Source of the DNA: SAR86 cluster bacterium
Lineage (GTDB): Bacteria > Pseudomonadota > Gammaproteobacteria > Magnimaribacterales > D2472
NCBI GenBank assembly: GCA_023703615.1
Contig: CP097971.1
Span: 1,134,224 to 1,198,223, forward strand
DNA length: 64,000 nt
Direction of reading: 5' to 3'
A program made the position numbers and the translations under genes. The stretch's first letter is position 1; every line of letters begins with the position of its first letter. Shown here piece after piece: positions 9,931-18,691 of this stretch. Under the pieces are notes generated by a model. That model was not told the origin of the DNA. It did not search any database and saw nothing but the letters and a program-made list of their open reading frames with translations.

Positions 9931-10263
9931 ATGCAAGAAGTAATAGAAGCAAAGTTTTCAATTGGAAATATTGTTAAACACCGTTTTTTAAATTTTAGAG
10001 GTGTCATTTTTGATTTAGATCCAAAATTTAATAATACTGAGGAATGGTATCAAGCAATTCCTAAAAATCTGAGACCTAGAAAAGATCAACCTTTTTATCA
10101 TTTGTTTGCTGAAAATGAGGAAATTTTCTACATTGCATATGTATCAGAACAAAATTTATTACATGACGCTAGTAATAAAGAAGCAAGTCACCCAGACATA
10201 AAGAAAGTTTTTTCGCACTATGACGGTAAAAATTATATACCTTTTAATAGGTCAAAGAATTAA
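9931..10263 (+). CDS. hspQ: Heat shock protein HspQ / YccV-like domain
   Basis: AKFSIGNIVKHRFLNFRGVIFDLDP, RP.KDQPFYHLFAEN, AYVSEQNL, HPDI. Confidence 0.9.
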   Translation: MQEVIEAKFSIGNIVKHRFLNFRGVIFDLDPKFNNTEEWYQAIPKNLRPRKDQPFYHLFAENEEIFYIAYVSEQNLLHDASNKEASHPDIKKVFSHYDGKNYIPFNRSKN

Positions 10264-11471
10264 TACTCAATATCGAAATGGGCAATTTGAACTGCTGTTA
10301 TGAAGATATTCATTGCAAGTTCTAATTTATTAACAGATACATAAGTAGGAGCAATACGTAAAACATTATCTAGACATTTTCCTTTTGGAAATAATGAGCT
10401 AGCAGGAGTTATATATAAACCCATTTCTTCACAAATTGTCTGTACTTTCGTCGCAATTGGTTTATTAAAATTGAAAGTCATAAAGTAACCACCTGTTGGA
10501 TTTGAAAAAGATCCACACTCTGAGGGAATGTCAGATAATATTTTTTTAACTGCCTCAAATTTTGGGAGAATTAATTCAGCATGTTTTTTCATATGGTTTG
10601 TAATATTGTCTATATCTTTTAAAAACATGACATGTCTTTTCTGATTTATCTTGTCTGGACAGATAATCATAGATTCACGCATCCGTTTTATAAGATTAAA
10701 TGATCTTCCTCCAGATAAAATAAATGAGAGACCTCCTCCTCCAAATGTTACTTTTGAAAATGAGGTAGCCACAACGCAATTATCGGTAACTTTTTCTGTT
10801 GTTGCTATGCTCCATATTGGTGTTTGTTTTATAGTTGGAAGAAAGTCGTGAACTAAGTAAGCATGATCAAATATAAATAAAAAATTATCTGAATATTCTT
10901 TACCAATCTTAAAAATTTTTTTTATATTTTCGTCTGTAAACGTCTCACCAGATGGGTTTGAGTGTCTTGGTACTGATAAAATTCCACAAACATCATTGTT
11001 TTCTTTAAGAATTTTTGTATATTCTTCAATATCAACGCCATCATCTTTCAAAGGGACAGTAATTACCTCAATATCAAAATCTTCTAATATTCTGAAATGT
11101 CTATCAAAACCTGGTACAGGATAAATAAATTTTTTTGATTTTCTTTTTTTCCATGGATCGTCTGAAAATAAATAGTAGGACAAAAATGTTTGGTAAGTTA
11201 ATAGTAAACTAGATTGCTCTGCTGCTATTATATTTTTAGATGGAGCACCTAAAATCTGGGAACCTAGTTCTCTTGCTTCTTCGATTCCAAGTGGCTCGCC
11301 GTAATTTCTAAGATCAATACCACTTTCTGTTATTGGATCAACTTTTAAGCTCAATAATTCATTAGAAATGTCTAATTGCAAGCCTTCAGGTTTGCCCCGC
11401 GTTATATCAATATTAATTGACATATCTTTATATTTTTTAAAATGAGTTAAAATAGAGTCAGCTGAATTCAT
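10260..11471 (-). CDS. PLP-dependent aminotransferase, fold type I (Rv3722c-like aspartate aminotransferase family)
   Basis: DITRGKP, LRNYG, PVPGFDRHF, VPRHSNPSG, DHAY.VH, PLP-lysine motif TSFSKVTF, P.GGYF, LRIAPTY. Confidence 0.85.
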   Translation of the reverse strand: MNSADSILTHFKKYKDMSINIDITRGKPEGLQLDISNELLSLKVDPITESGIDLRNYGEPLGIEEARELGSQILGAPSKNIIAAEQSSLLLTYQTFLSYYLFSDDPWKKRKSKKFIYPVPGFDRHFRILEDFDIEVITVPLKDDGVDIEEYTKILKENNDVCGILSVPRHSNPSGETFTDENIKKIFKIGKEYSDNFLFIFDHAYLVHDFLPTIKQTPIWSIATTEKVTDNCVVATSFSKVTFGGGGLSFILSGGRSFNLIKRMRESMIICPDKINQKRHVMFLKDIDNITNHMKKHAELILPKFEAVKKILSDIPSECGSFSNPTGGYFMTFNFNKPIATKVQTICEEMGLYITPASSLFPKGKCLDNVLRIAPTYVSVNKLELAMNIFITAVQIAHFDIEY

Positions 11472-11502
11472 ATTATATATATTTTATAGGATAAATTCAT
11501 AA

Positions 11503-12393
11503 GTGCTATACATAACAATCTTATTAATTGTAATAATATTATTGCTTGCGATACTTCTTTATATAAGCGTTAGGAATAATTCAAACTACTTTGATCCTAG
11601 AGATTCGATAAGAGACATAGATAAAGCTGTTGAAAGACAAGAATCCACATTGTTTGATCTTTCCAAAGATATTCAATCATTTCAAGACCCTTTAAATAAA
11701 TTAAATAGATATCTATCGGGTGGAACATTAGCAGGGAAATTTGGTGAATGGTCTCTTGAGGCTATCATAAAAGATATATTTCACTCTCAACAGTTTTTAA
11801 GTAATTATGAAGTCATACCTGGATCTGGGAAAAGAGTTGAATTTGTTATTAAGCTTCCTGAGGGTTTACTATTACCAATTGATGCTAAATTCCCTTCAGG
11901 ACTATTCGAAAATTATCTTACTGCTATTGAACAAAAAGATGAAACTCTTGTAAAAAGAACAAAAGATGACATAAAACGCCATATTTTAAAAGATGCAAAT
12001 GATATCAAAGATAAGTATATTCAAACAGGTGTTACTGTAGATTTAGGTATTATGTATATACCAAGTGAAAGTCTAATGCAGCTGATTGATTCTATTGAAA
12101 ATATTAGAGAAAAAATTTTTAGAGACCATCGTATTTTAATAATGGGGCCTAATTCACTAGCGGCATACCTTATAAGTGTTCATATGGGATTCAGAACTCT
12201 AGCGTTAAATGAAAGAGCTGGTGAAATCATGCAGGAATTTGGAAAAATGAAAAAAGAATTTGAAAAATTTGGCAACTCTACTGAGGATCTTATGAAAAAG
12301 ACTGATGCATTATTAAAAACAGTGAATGAACATGCAACTCGAGAAAGACAAATGAAAAAATCAATTAAAAATATGGATCAACTTGATTCTTAA
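11503..12393 (+). CDS. rmuC: DNA recombination protein RmuC
   Basis: N-terminal TM, GKFGEWSLE, LPIDAKFP, MYIPSESL, GPNSLAAYL, MGFRTLAL. Confidence 0.92.
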   Translation: MLYITILLIVIILLLAILLYISVRNNSNYFDPRDSIRDIDKAVERQESTLFDLSKDIQSFQDPLNKLNRYLSGGTLAGKFGEWSLEAIIKDIFHSQQFLSNYEVIPGSGKRVEFVIKLPEGLLLPIDAKFPSGLFENYLTAIEQKDETLVKRTKDDIKRHILKDANDIKDKYIQTGVTVDLGIMYIPSESLMQLIDSIENIREKIFRDHRILIMGPNSLAAYLISVHMGFRTLALNERAGEIMQEFGKMKKEFEKFGNSTEDLMKKTDALLKTVNEHATRERQMKKSIKNMDQLDS

Positions 12394-13236
12394 CTAGTAG
12401 TAAAATCTTCTCCACATATTTAACCCAAACATAAGCGCAAGGACCCATAAGAGAACTTCAGGAATATTTGGATTGCTGTTGTAGCCAAAAAAACCTTTTA
12501 GAAAAATGCCAATGTTTCCTTTATCATGCATAGGATGATAGAGAGTTGTCCCTGTTTCAATATTTGAAGTTGGTTCAAGGATATTCCATGCTCTTGTAAT
12601 TTCTGAGCTTTGTATTTTTTCAGACTTCACATAATATTCCTCAAACTCATGAGTACCGTATGCAACCATACCAGCTGCTAAGAAGACTAAAAGTAAAGTA
12701 GTATATTTAAAAACATATCGTAAATTAATTCTTCTACCCTGTTGAACAATAAGATAACCAATTAAAACCGCCAAAAAAGCGCCAACTGAAAATCCTATAT
12801 ATGAAAATTTTCCAGTTATAGAGAAGCTTGATATTAAAAAAACTGCCGTTTCAAAACCCTCTCTAAGAATTGCAAAAAACACAACAAGAAAAACGCCCCA
12901 AGAAGAAAGTTTTATCGCATTTATGGTACTTTCCTCCAACTTCTTTTTATCACTTACATTTTTAGATAACCAAAAGATAACATACCAAATTAATATTGCT
13001 GTAACGTATAAGAATATTCCCTCAAATAATGCCTGAACAGAATCATTTCCTAGTGAATTTTTGGCTTGTATCACTAAATACCCAACAAAAATACTTGCTA
13101 CAATTGATAAAAATACTGCAAACCATAATTTTGGCAAATGACTTTTTTGATTAGTTTTTTCTAATAACAAATATATAATTCCGACGACTAGAGCTGCTTC
13201 TAAAACTTCTCTAAAAACTATAATAAATTCACTCAT
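12394..13236 (-). CDS. FTR1-family iron permease
   Basis: Two RExxE motifs (FREVLEAA, LREGFET); 7 TM; Fur-like box upstream. Confidence 0.92.
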   Translation of the reverse strand: MSEFIIVFREVLEAALVVGIIYLLLEKTNQKSHLPKLWFAVFLSIVASIFVGYLVIQAKNSLGNDSVQALFEGIFLYVTAILIWYVIFWLSKNVSDKKKLEESTINAIKLSSWGVFLVVFFAILREGFETAVFLISSFSITGKFSYIGFSVGAFLAVLIGYLIVQQGRRINLRYVFKYTTLLLVFLAAGMVAYGTHEFEEYYVKSEKIQSSEITRAWNILEPTSNIETGTTLYHPMHDKGNIGIFLKGFFGYNSNPNIPEVLLWVLALMFGLNMWRRFYY

Positions 13237-13248
13237 AATGTAAATCCT

Positions 13249-13267
13249 AAATGAGAATGATTCTTGT
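13249..13267 (-). promoter_or_regulatory. Fur box upstream of FTR1 permease
   Basis: + strand AAATGAGAATGATTCTTGT, close to the AATGAGAATnATTCTCATT Fur palindrome. It lies between a minus-strand TATAAT (13277-13272) and the ATG at 13236. Confidence 0.75.
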
Positions 13268-13346
13268 TTAGATTATATATAAAATAATTTAAAGGTAAAG
13301 TAACAAATTAAATCGATTTAAGTTCATAAAACTGAGACAATAAGTT

Positions 13347-14570
13347 ATGAAAAAAATAGCGATAATTGGTGCCGGAATTGCTGGTATTGCTACTGCTTAC
13401 AAGTTGTTGCAAAAAAATCATAATGTAACTATTTTTGATGCAAGAAGCTCTGCAGCAATGGAAGGTAGCTACGCAAACGGCGCTCAATTAAGCGTTAGCA
13501 ATGCCGAAACTTGGAACACTCCAGGTAATCTTGTCAATGGGTTGAAGTGGATGTTTAAAAAAGATGCTCCATTACTATTGAATCCAGCCCCAAGCCTTCA
13601 AAAATATAAATGGTTAATAGGTTTTTTTCTATCAACTATTAATGGAGAACATAGAAATAACACATTAAAAACTATTGAGCTTGCAAAGAAAGCTCGGGAA
13701 ATATATTTTCAAATTGCAGATGAAGAAAATATTGAATTCGATCTATTAAAAAAAGGTATTCTAAGATTTTATGATTCAAAAAAATCATTTAAAGAAGATG
13801 CCAATAAAGCATCTTGGATGCAGCAAGATGGATTAGAATGGGATGTCATTTCATCTGATGAAGTTTTTTCATTGGAGCCGGCGTTAGCAAACAATCCTAA
13901 ATTAAATATTATCGGCGGAATATATACGAAGTCTGATGCAAGTGGTGATATTCATAAATTTTGTGTTAACCTCCAGAAGGTTTTAGTTGAAAAATACTTT
14001 GCTAATATTGAACTCAACACACTTGTGACAAATATCTCTAAATCGAATGACAAAATTATTGTAACTATAAAAAATGATGACAACGAAAATGATATGAGTT
14101 TTGATAATGTTGTAGTTTGTGCTGGCGTAAATACACAAACTTTTGCTGATAATCTTGGTGATAGTATGAACATTTACCCAGTGAAAGGATATAGCGTTAC
14201 TATTGATCTGAAAGATGAACAATCGAAAAGATATGCACCTATTATCTCTCTTATCGACCAGCCATTAAAAATTGTTTCTAGTAGGCTTGGAAATAAATTG
14301 AGGATTGCTGGAACTGCAGAAATCTCAGGATATGATCCCAAGGTTAATATTGAAAGAATTCAACCGTTATTAGCATGGGTAAACAATTATTTTCCCAATA
14401 TAAAAATTGAAGACTATAGCTCATGGGGAGGATTTAGACCAATGTCATCAAATATGATGCCAGTCTTAAGTGAAAGTAAAGTTAAGGGAGTTTTTTATCA
14501 TTCTGGTCATGGCCACTTAGGATGGACATTAAGTGCAGCCACTGCAGAAATAATTGCAGATAAAATTTAA
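13347..14570 (+). CDS. dadA: D-amino acid dehydrogenase
   Basis: IAIIGAGIAG, SYANGAQLS, W..KKDAPLL, IYPVKGYS, LRIAGTAE, GFRPM, GHGHLGWTLS. Confidence 0.88.
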   Translation: MKKIAIIGAGIAGIATAYKLLQKNHNVTIFDARSSAAMEGSYANGAQLSVSNAETWNTPGNLVNGLKWMFKKDAPLLLNPAPSLQKYKWLIGFFLSTINGEHRNNTLKTIELAKKAREIYFQIADEENIEFDLLKKGILRFYDSKKSFKEDANKASWMQQDGLEWDVISSDEVFSLEPALANNPKLNIIGGIYTKSDASGDIHKFCVNLQKVLVEKYFANIELNTLVTNISKSNDKIIVTIKNDDNENDMSFDNVVVCAGVNTQTFADNLGDSMNIYPVKGYSVTIDLKDEQSKRYAPIISLIDQPLKIVSSRLGNKLRIAGTAEISGYDPKVNIERIQPLLAWVNNYFPNIKIEDYSSWGGFRPMSSNMMPVLSESKVKGVFYHSGHGHLGWTLSAATAEIIADKI

Positions 14571-15223
14571 GGTAAGTCTTTTATCATCCAGTTCTTTTCA
14601 ATACAAATTTGTTTTAATTTTGTATCTGGATTTACTGCGATAGGATTTTGTACAACTTTTAACAACGGAAGATCATTTATTGAATCTGTATAAAAAGTGA
14701 CATTATTAAAGTCTAAAAAATTGTTCTTTTTCATCCATTCTTTTACTTTTAAAAGTTTGCCTTCGCCAAGGGCAGGTATTCCATTAATCTTGCCAGTATA
14801 AACATCATTTATAGTCTCAACTTCAGTTGCAACTATGTTTGAGAACCCTAATCTTTTTCCAATTGGTTCAACAATGACATTGTTAGTGGCGCTTGCTAAT
14901 AGCAAAACATCATCTTTATGATGATGGTCATGAATAATTTTTAGAGCATAAATATTAATCATAGGCTCAATTATTTCTGCTAAAAAAATATCTAAGAGTT
15001 TTTTCACAGTACTTATATCTTTATCTTTTATTGTAGAAAGAGCAAATTCTGCCCACTCATAATAATCTAAATTGCCTTGATAGTATTTTTGATAAAAATA
15101 TTCATTCTTTTTTGTATATTCTTCAACATCAACACGATTTGAATCTATCAGAAATTTAATCCAAGAATAATCAGAATCACCATTAAGAATGGTATTATCA
15201 AGATCAAATATTGTTAAATTCAT
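14567..15223 (-). CDS. HAD-IB family hydrolase (SerB-like)
   Basis: FDLDNT.L.GDSD, SAT, GEGK, FYTDSINDLPLL, AVNPD; divergent from rppH as in pseudomonads. Confidence 0.9.
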   Translation of the reverse strand: MNLTIFDLDNTILNGDSDYSWIKFLIDSNRVDVEEYTKKNEYFYQKYYQGNLDYYEWAEFALSTIKDKDISTVKKLLDIFLAEIIEPMINIYALKIIHDHHHKDDVLLLASATNNVIVEPIGKRLGFSNIVATEVETINDVYTGKINGIPALGEGKLLKVKEWMKKNNFLDFNNVTFYTDSINDLPLLKVVQNPIAVNPDTKLKQICIEKNWMIKDLP

Positions 15224-15235
15224 GTAATTTTCAAA

Positions 15236-15727
15236 ATGGTCAAAGATTCAAATTATCGTTTAAATGTTGGAATAATTATTGTTAATGATAATGGCAAATT
15301 GCTTTTATGCAAAAGAAGTAATTCAAATAATTGGCAATTCCCTCAAGGAGGAATTGATTTTGGAGAAAAACCTTTGAATGCTGCAATTCGTGAAACATTC
15401 GAAGAAGTTGGTATTAAGTCAAATTGTATAGAAATGATTGCAGAAACTAATAATTGGTATAAATACGATGTGCCAATAAATAAAAGAAAAAAAAATTTTT
15501 TACAAAAAAAATTTTTAGGTCAAAAACAAAAATGGTTTTTATTTAAATTAATAAAAAATTGTAAAGTATCTTTTGCTAATGATCCTGCGAATGAATTTGA
15601 GGAACATAAGTGGGTTTCATATTGGCATCCTATTACCAAAATAGTTTCTTTCAAAAAAGATGTTTACAGAAATGCACTTCTAGAATTCAAAGAAACATAT
15701 TCAAATATGTTCTCGAATAAAAATTAA
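15236..15727 (+). CDS. rppH: RNA pyrophosphohydrolase RppH
   Basis: YRLNVGIII, WQFPQGGID, Nudix box AAIRETFEEVG, GQKQKWFL, EFE...WVSYW, FKKDVY. Confidence 0.93.
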   Translation: MVKDSNYRLNVGIIIVNDNGKLLLCKRSNSNNWQFPQGGIDFGEKPLNAAIRETFEEVGIKSNCIEMIAETNNWYKYDVPINKRKKNFLQKKFLGQKQKWFLFKLIKNCKVSFANDPANEFEEHKWVSYWHPITKIVSFKKDVYRNALLEFKETYSNMFSNKN

Positions 15728-15738
15728 AATATGGAATT

Positions 15739-16530
15739 ATGATTGAGGAATTTTTTACATACGGAGTGCTAGGAATATTTGCTGGTCTGATTGCAGGCAT
15801 GTTTGGTATTGGTGGAGGTCTAATTATTGTTCCAATTCTTATTGCATCATTTATCGGTTCAAATTTTGATGGTGAGATAATTGTTCATTTAGCAATTGGC
15901 ACTTCAATGGCAACAATCGTATTTACTGGCCTTGCATCAGCATATACTCATTATAAAAATAAAGCGGTTGTAAATTCCTATTTTAAATTTATAAGTTATG
16001 GGATTGTTTTTGGCGCTTTAACAGGAGCTTTATTTACTGTTCAAATTCCTGGTGAGTATGTTAAAAAATTTATTGGGATTCTTATAGGTCTAATTGTCAT
16101 CCAGATTTTTTTTGATTTAAAATTTAGGTTAACTAACAATGGTCCAAGCCAAAGGCTATTAGTTTTATCTGGTTCAGGAATTGGATTTTTATCATCAATA
16201 TTAGGTATAGGAGGAGGACTTTTTACTGTACCCTATTTAAAAAATATTGGATTAAGCCTTAAAAAAAGTATTGGAACATCCTCTGCATGTGGAATTCCTA
16301 TAGCAATATTTGGATCTTTAGGATATGTAATCCTTGGTCTTAATGAAGCCAAACTTCCAATGCTTAGTTTTGGTTATACATATTTACCAGCTGTAGTTGG
16401 TATATCCATAACAAGTGTATTCTCAGCTAGAATTGGCGGAAATTTAGCGCATTTTTTCTCAACAAATACTTTGCGAAACCTTATGTGTATACTATTAATT
16501 TGTATAGCTTTTTACATGTTTTCAATATGA
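15739..16530 (+). CDS. TauE/SafE sulfite exporter family membrane protein
   Basis: AGMFGIGGGLIIVP, AIGTSMA, SSILGIGGG..TVP; lies upstream of lgt. Confidence 0.9.
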   Translation: MIEEFFTYGVLGIFAGLIAGMFGIGGGLIIVPILIASFIGSNFDGEIIVHLAIGTSMATIVFTGLASAYTHYKNKAVVNSYFKFISYGIVFGALTGALFTVQIPGEYVKKFIGILIGLIVIQIFFDLKFRLTNNGPSQRLLVLSGSGIGFLSSILGIGGGLFTVPYLKNIGLSLKKSIGTSSACGIPIAIFGSLGYVILGLNEAKLPMLSFGYTYLPAVVGISITSVFSARIGGNLAHFFSTNTLRNLMCILLICIAFYMFSI

Positions 16531-17324
16531 TTATAGAACTTTCTAATTTTTTTAATAATCCAAGCATTATCAAAATAGGTTCCTTCAGCATCCAATACTA
16601 TGCTGTAACTTGGGCTTTATCTGCTTTCTTTATTTTGATTTTTTTACAGAGAAGCAGAATTATTTCTGAGCTACATATAAATAAAGAAAAAGTTAGTGAT
16701 ATGGTAATTTTTTATGGTCTTTTTTTAGGTGCAATATGTGGTGGAAGGATAGGTTATATGTTTGTTTATGGTTTAGATCAATTATTAGCAAACCCTTTAT
16801 CGATGTTTTTTGTATGGCAAGGTGGTTTAAGTTTTCATGGAGGATTGCTTGGTGTCGTTATTAGTCTTTTTTATTTTTCAAAAAAAAATCATATCAGCTT
16901 TTTGCGACTTTTGGATGCTGTTGCAGTTGCAATGCCTATTGGTCTTGGTTTAGTTAGAATTGGGAATTTTTTAAATGGGGAGCTTTATGGCAGGCCTACG
17001 AATGGTGAATGGGGTTTTGTTTTTCCGACAGACCCTTATGGGCTTCTAAGACATCCATCACAATTGTATGAAAGTTTTGGAGAGGGAATTATTTTATTTT
17101 TAATCTTATATTTCATAAGCATTTATTCAAAAACAATTGGAGTTATAAGCTCATCATTCCTGATATTCTATGGGGTTATAAGATTTGCAATTGAATATTT
17201 TAGACAACCTGATTCACATCTAGGATATGTAGCTTTTGATTCGCTTAGTATGGGTCAAATCTTATGCATTCCTATGATAATAATCGGTATAATTATGTTC
17301 ATATTTTCTAGGAAAAAAACATGA
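16527..17324 (+). CDS. lgt: Prolipoprotein diacylglyceryl transferase
   Basis: GGRIGY, WQGGLSFHGG, RIGNF.NGELYGR, RHPSQLYE, RF.IEYFRQPD. Start set at ATG 16527 (ATGA overlap with upstream stop). Confidence 0.95.
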   Translation: MIIELSNFFNNPSIIKIGSFSIQYYAVTWALSAFFILIFLQRSRIISELHINKEKVSDMVIFYGLFLGAICGGRIGYMFVYGLDQLLANPLSMFFVWQGGLSFHGGLLGVVISLFYFSKKNHISFLRLLDAVAVAMPIGLGLVRIGNFLNGELYGRPTNGEWGFVFPTDPYGLLRHPSQLYESFGEGIILFLILYFISIYSKTIGVISSSFLIFYGVIRFAIEYFRQPDSHLGYVAFDSLSMGQILCIPMIIIGIIMFIFSRKKT

Positions 17325-18184
17325 AGGCATATCTAGATCTTTTAAGGCATATTATTGAAAATGGTGAAACAAAAGATGACAGAACTAATACAGGAACAAT
17401 ATCTTCATTCGGACATCAACTAACTTTTGATCTTTCAAATGGCTTTCCAGCTGTTACGACAAAATCTCTTGCATGGAAGGGAGTTGTTTCAGAGCTTTTA
17501 TGGTTTCTTGAGGGATCAGGAGATGAAAGAAGACTGGCAGAGATTAGGTATTGTAAAAATAGAGAGGAAATCAAAGATCTTTCAAAATATTCAACTATAT
17601 GGACAGACAATGCAGAAAATCAGGGAAAAGATTTAGGTTATATAAATAATGATGTTAAAAAGGAATTAGGTCCAGTTTATGGAGTCCAATGGCGCGATTG
17701 GAACGGAATTGATCAAATTAAAGACCTTATACATAACTTAAAAAATAACCCTAATGGAAGAAGACATATTTTATCTGCGTGGAATGTAAGTGAAATAGAG
17801 AAGATGGCTCTACCCCCATGTCATGTAATGAGCCAATATTATGTTCATGAGGGTGAAATAAGTTGTCATATGTATCAGAGGAGTGCCGATATGTTTCTTG
17901 GTGTTCCTTTTAATATTGCAAGTTATGCCCTTCTATTATCAATATTTGCTGAAATATTAGATCTTAAGCCTAAAAAATTCGTTCACTCTTTTGGGGATGC
18001 TCATATTTATTTAAATTCTATTGATCAGGTAAAAGAACAACTTGATAGAAAGCCTAAAAAACTACCAAAATTAATTTTACCTAAACTAAAATGTATTAGT
18101 GATCTTAAAGAATATACAGTTAATGACTTTATACTTGAAAATTATGATCATCATCCTGCAATTAAAGCAAAAATGGCAATCTAA
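17321..18184 (+). CDS. thyA: Thymidylate synthase (ThyA), T4-like sequence type
   Basis: DRTNTGT, ELLWFL, LGPVYGVQWR, MALPPCH, YQRSADMFLGVPFNIASY, GDAHIY. Confidence 0.96.
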   Translation: MKAYLDLLRHIIENGETKDDRTNTGTISSFGHQLTFDLSNGFPAVTTKSLAWKGVVSELLWFLEGSGDERRLAEIRYCKNREEIKDLSKYSTIWTDNAENQGKDLGYINNDVKKELGPVYGVQWRDWNGIDQIKDLIHNLKNNPNGRRHILSAWNVSEIEKMALPPCHVMSQYYVHEGEISCHMYQRSADMFLGVPFNIASYALLLSIFAEILDLKPKKFVHSFGDAHIYLNSIDQVKEQLDRKPKKLPKLILPKLKCISDLKEYTVNDFILENYDHHPAIKAKMAI

Positions 18185-18691
18185 ATGATAATTTCTCATG
18201 TAGTTGCAATGTCTAATAATAATGTTATCGGGGTCGATAATGATTTGCCTTGGAATTTGAAAAAAGATCTTGAGCATTTTAAAAAATATACTCTCAATAA
18301 AGTTATTGTGATGGGAAGAAGAACATATGATTCAATCGGAAGGCCGCTTCCAAATAGACAAAACTATATTGTCTCAAATACTCTAAAACATATTCCAAAT
18401 GCACAAATATTTACGAATATAAACTTAGCTATCAAAGCTGCAGAAGAATACAATTTAGAAAATGATTTAGAAAATGAGATAGTTATTATAGGCGGTGGTT
18501 TTTTATTTAGAGATACTTTGGACTATTTTAATAAACTCATATTAACACGCGTAGATTGTGAAATAGAAAATGGAGAGGTATTTTATCCAGAATTTGATCT
18601 TAAGAATTGGAAAAAAACTCAGAGTGAAAGTTATTTAAAAGATGCTGACAATGATTTCGATTTTAAAGTTGAGGAATATGTAAAACTATGA
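18185..18691 (+). CDS. folA: Dihydrofolate reductase
   Basis: VIG..NDLPWNL..DL.HFK, IVMGRRTYDSIGRPLPNR.N, IIGGG. Confidence 0.95.
   Translation: MIISHVVAMSNNNVIGVDNDLPWNLKKDLEHFKKYTLNKVIVMGRRTYDSIGRPLPNRQNYIVSNTLKHIPNAQIFTNINLAIKAAEEYNLENDLENEIVIIGGGFLFRDTLDYFNKLILTRVDCEIENGEVFYPEFDLKNWKKTQSESYLKDADNDFDFKVEEYVKL

Noticed and set aside
6484-10263. Possible genomic island integrated at tRNA-Phe
   Set aside because: No integrase is present, I saw no duplicated tRNA 3' end, and the downstream genes are ordinary metabolic ones.
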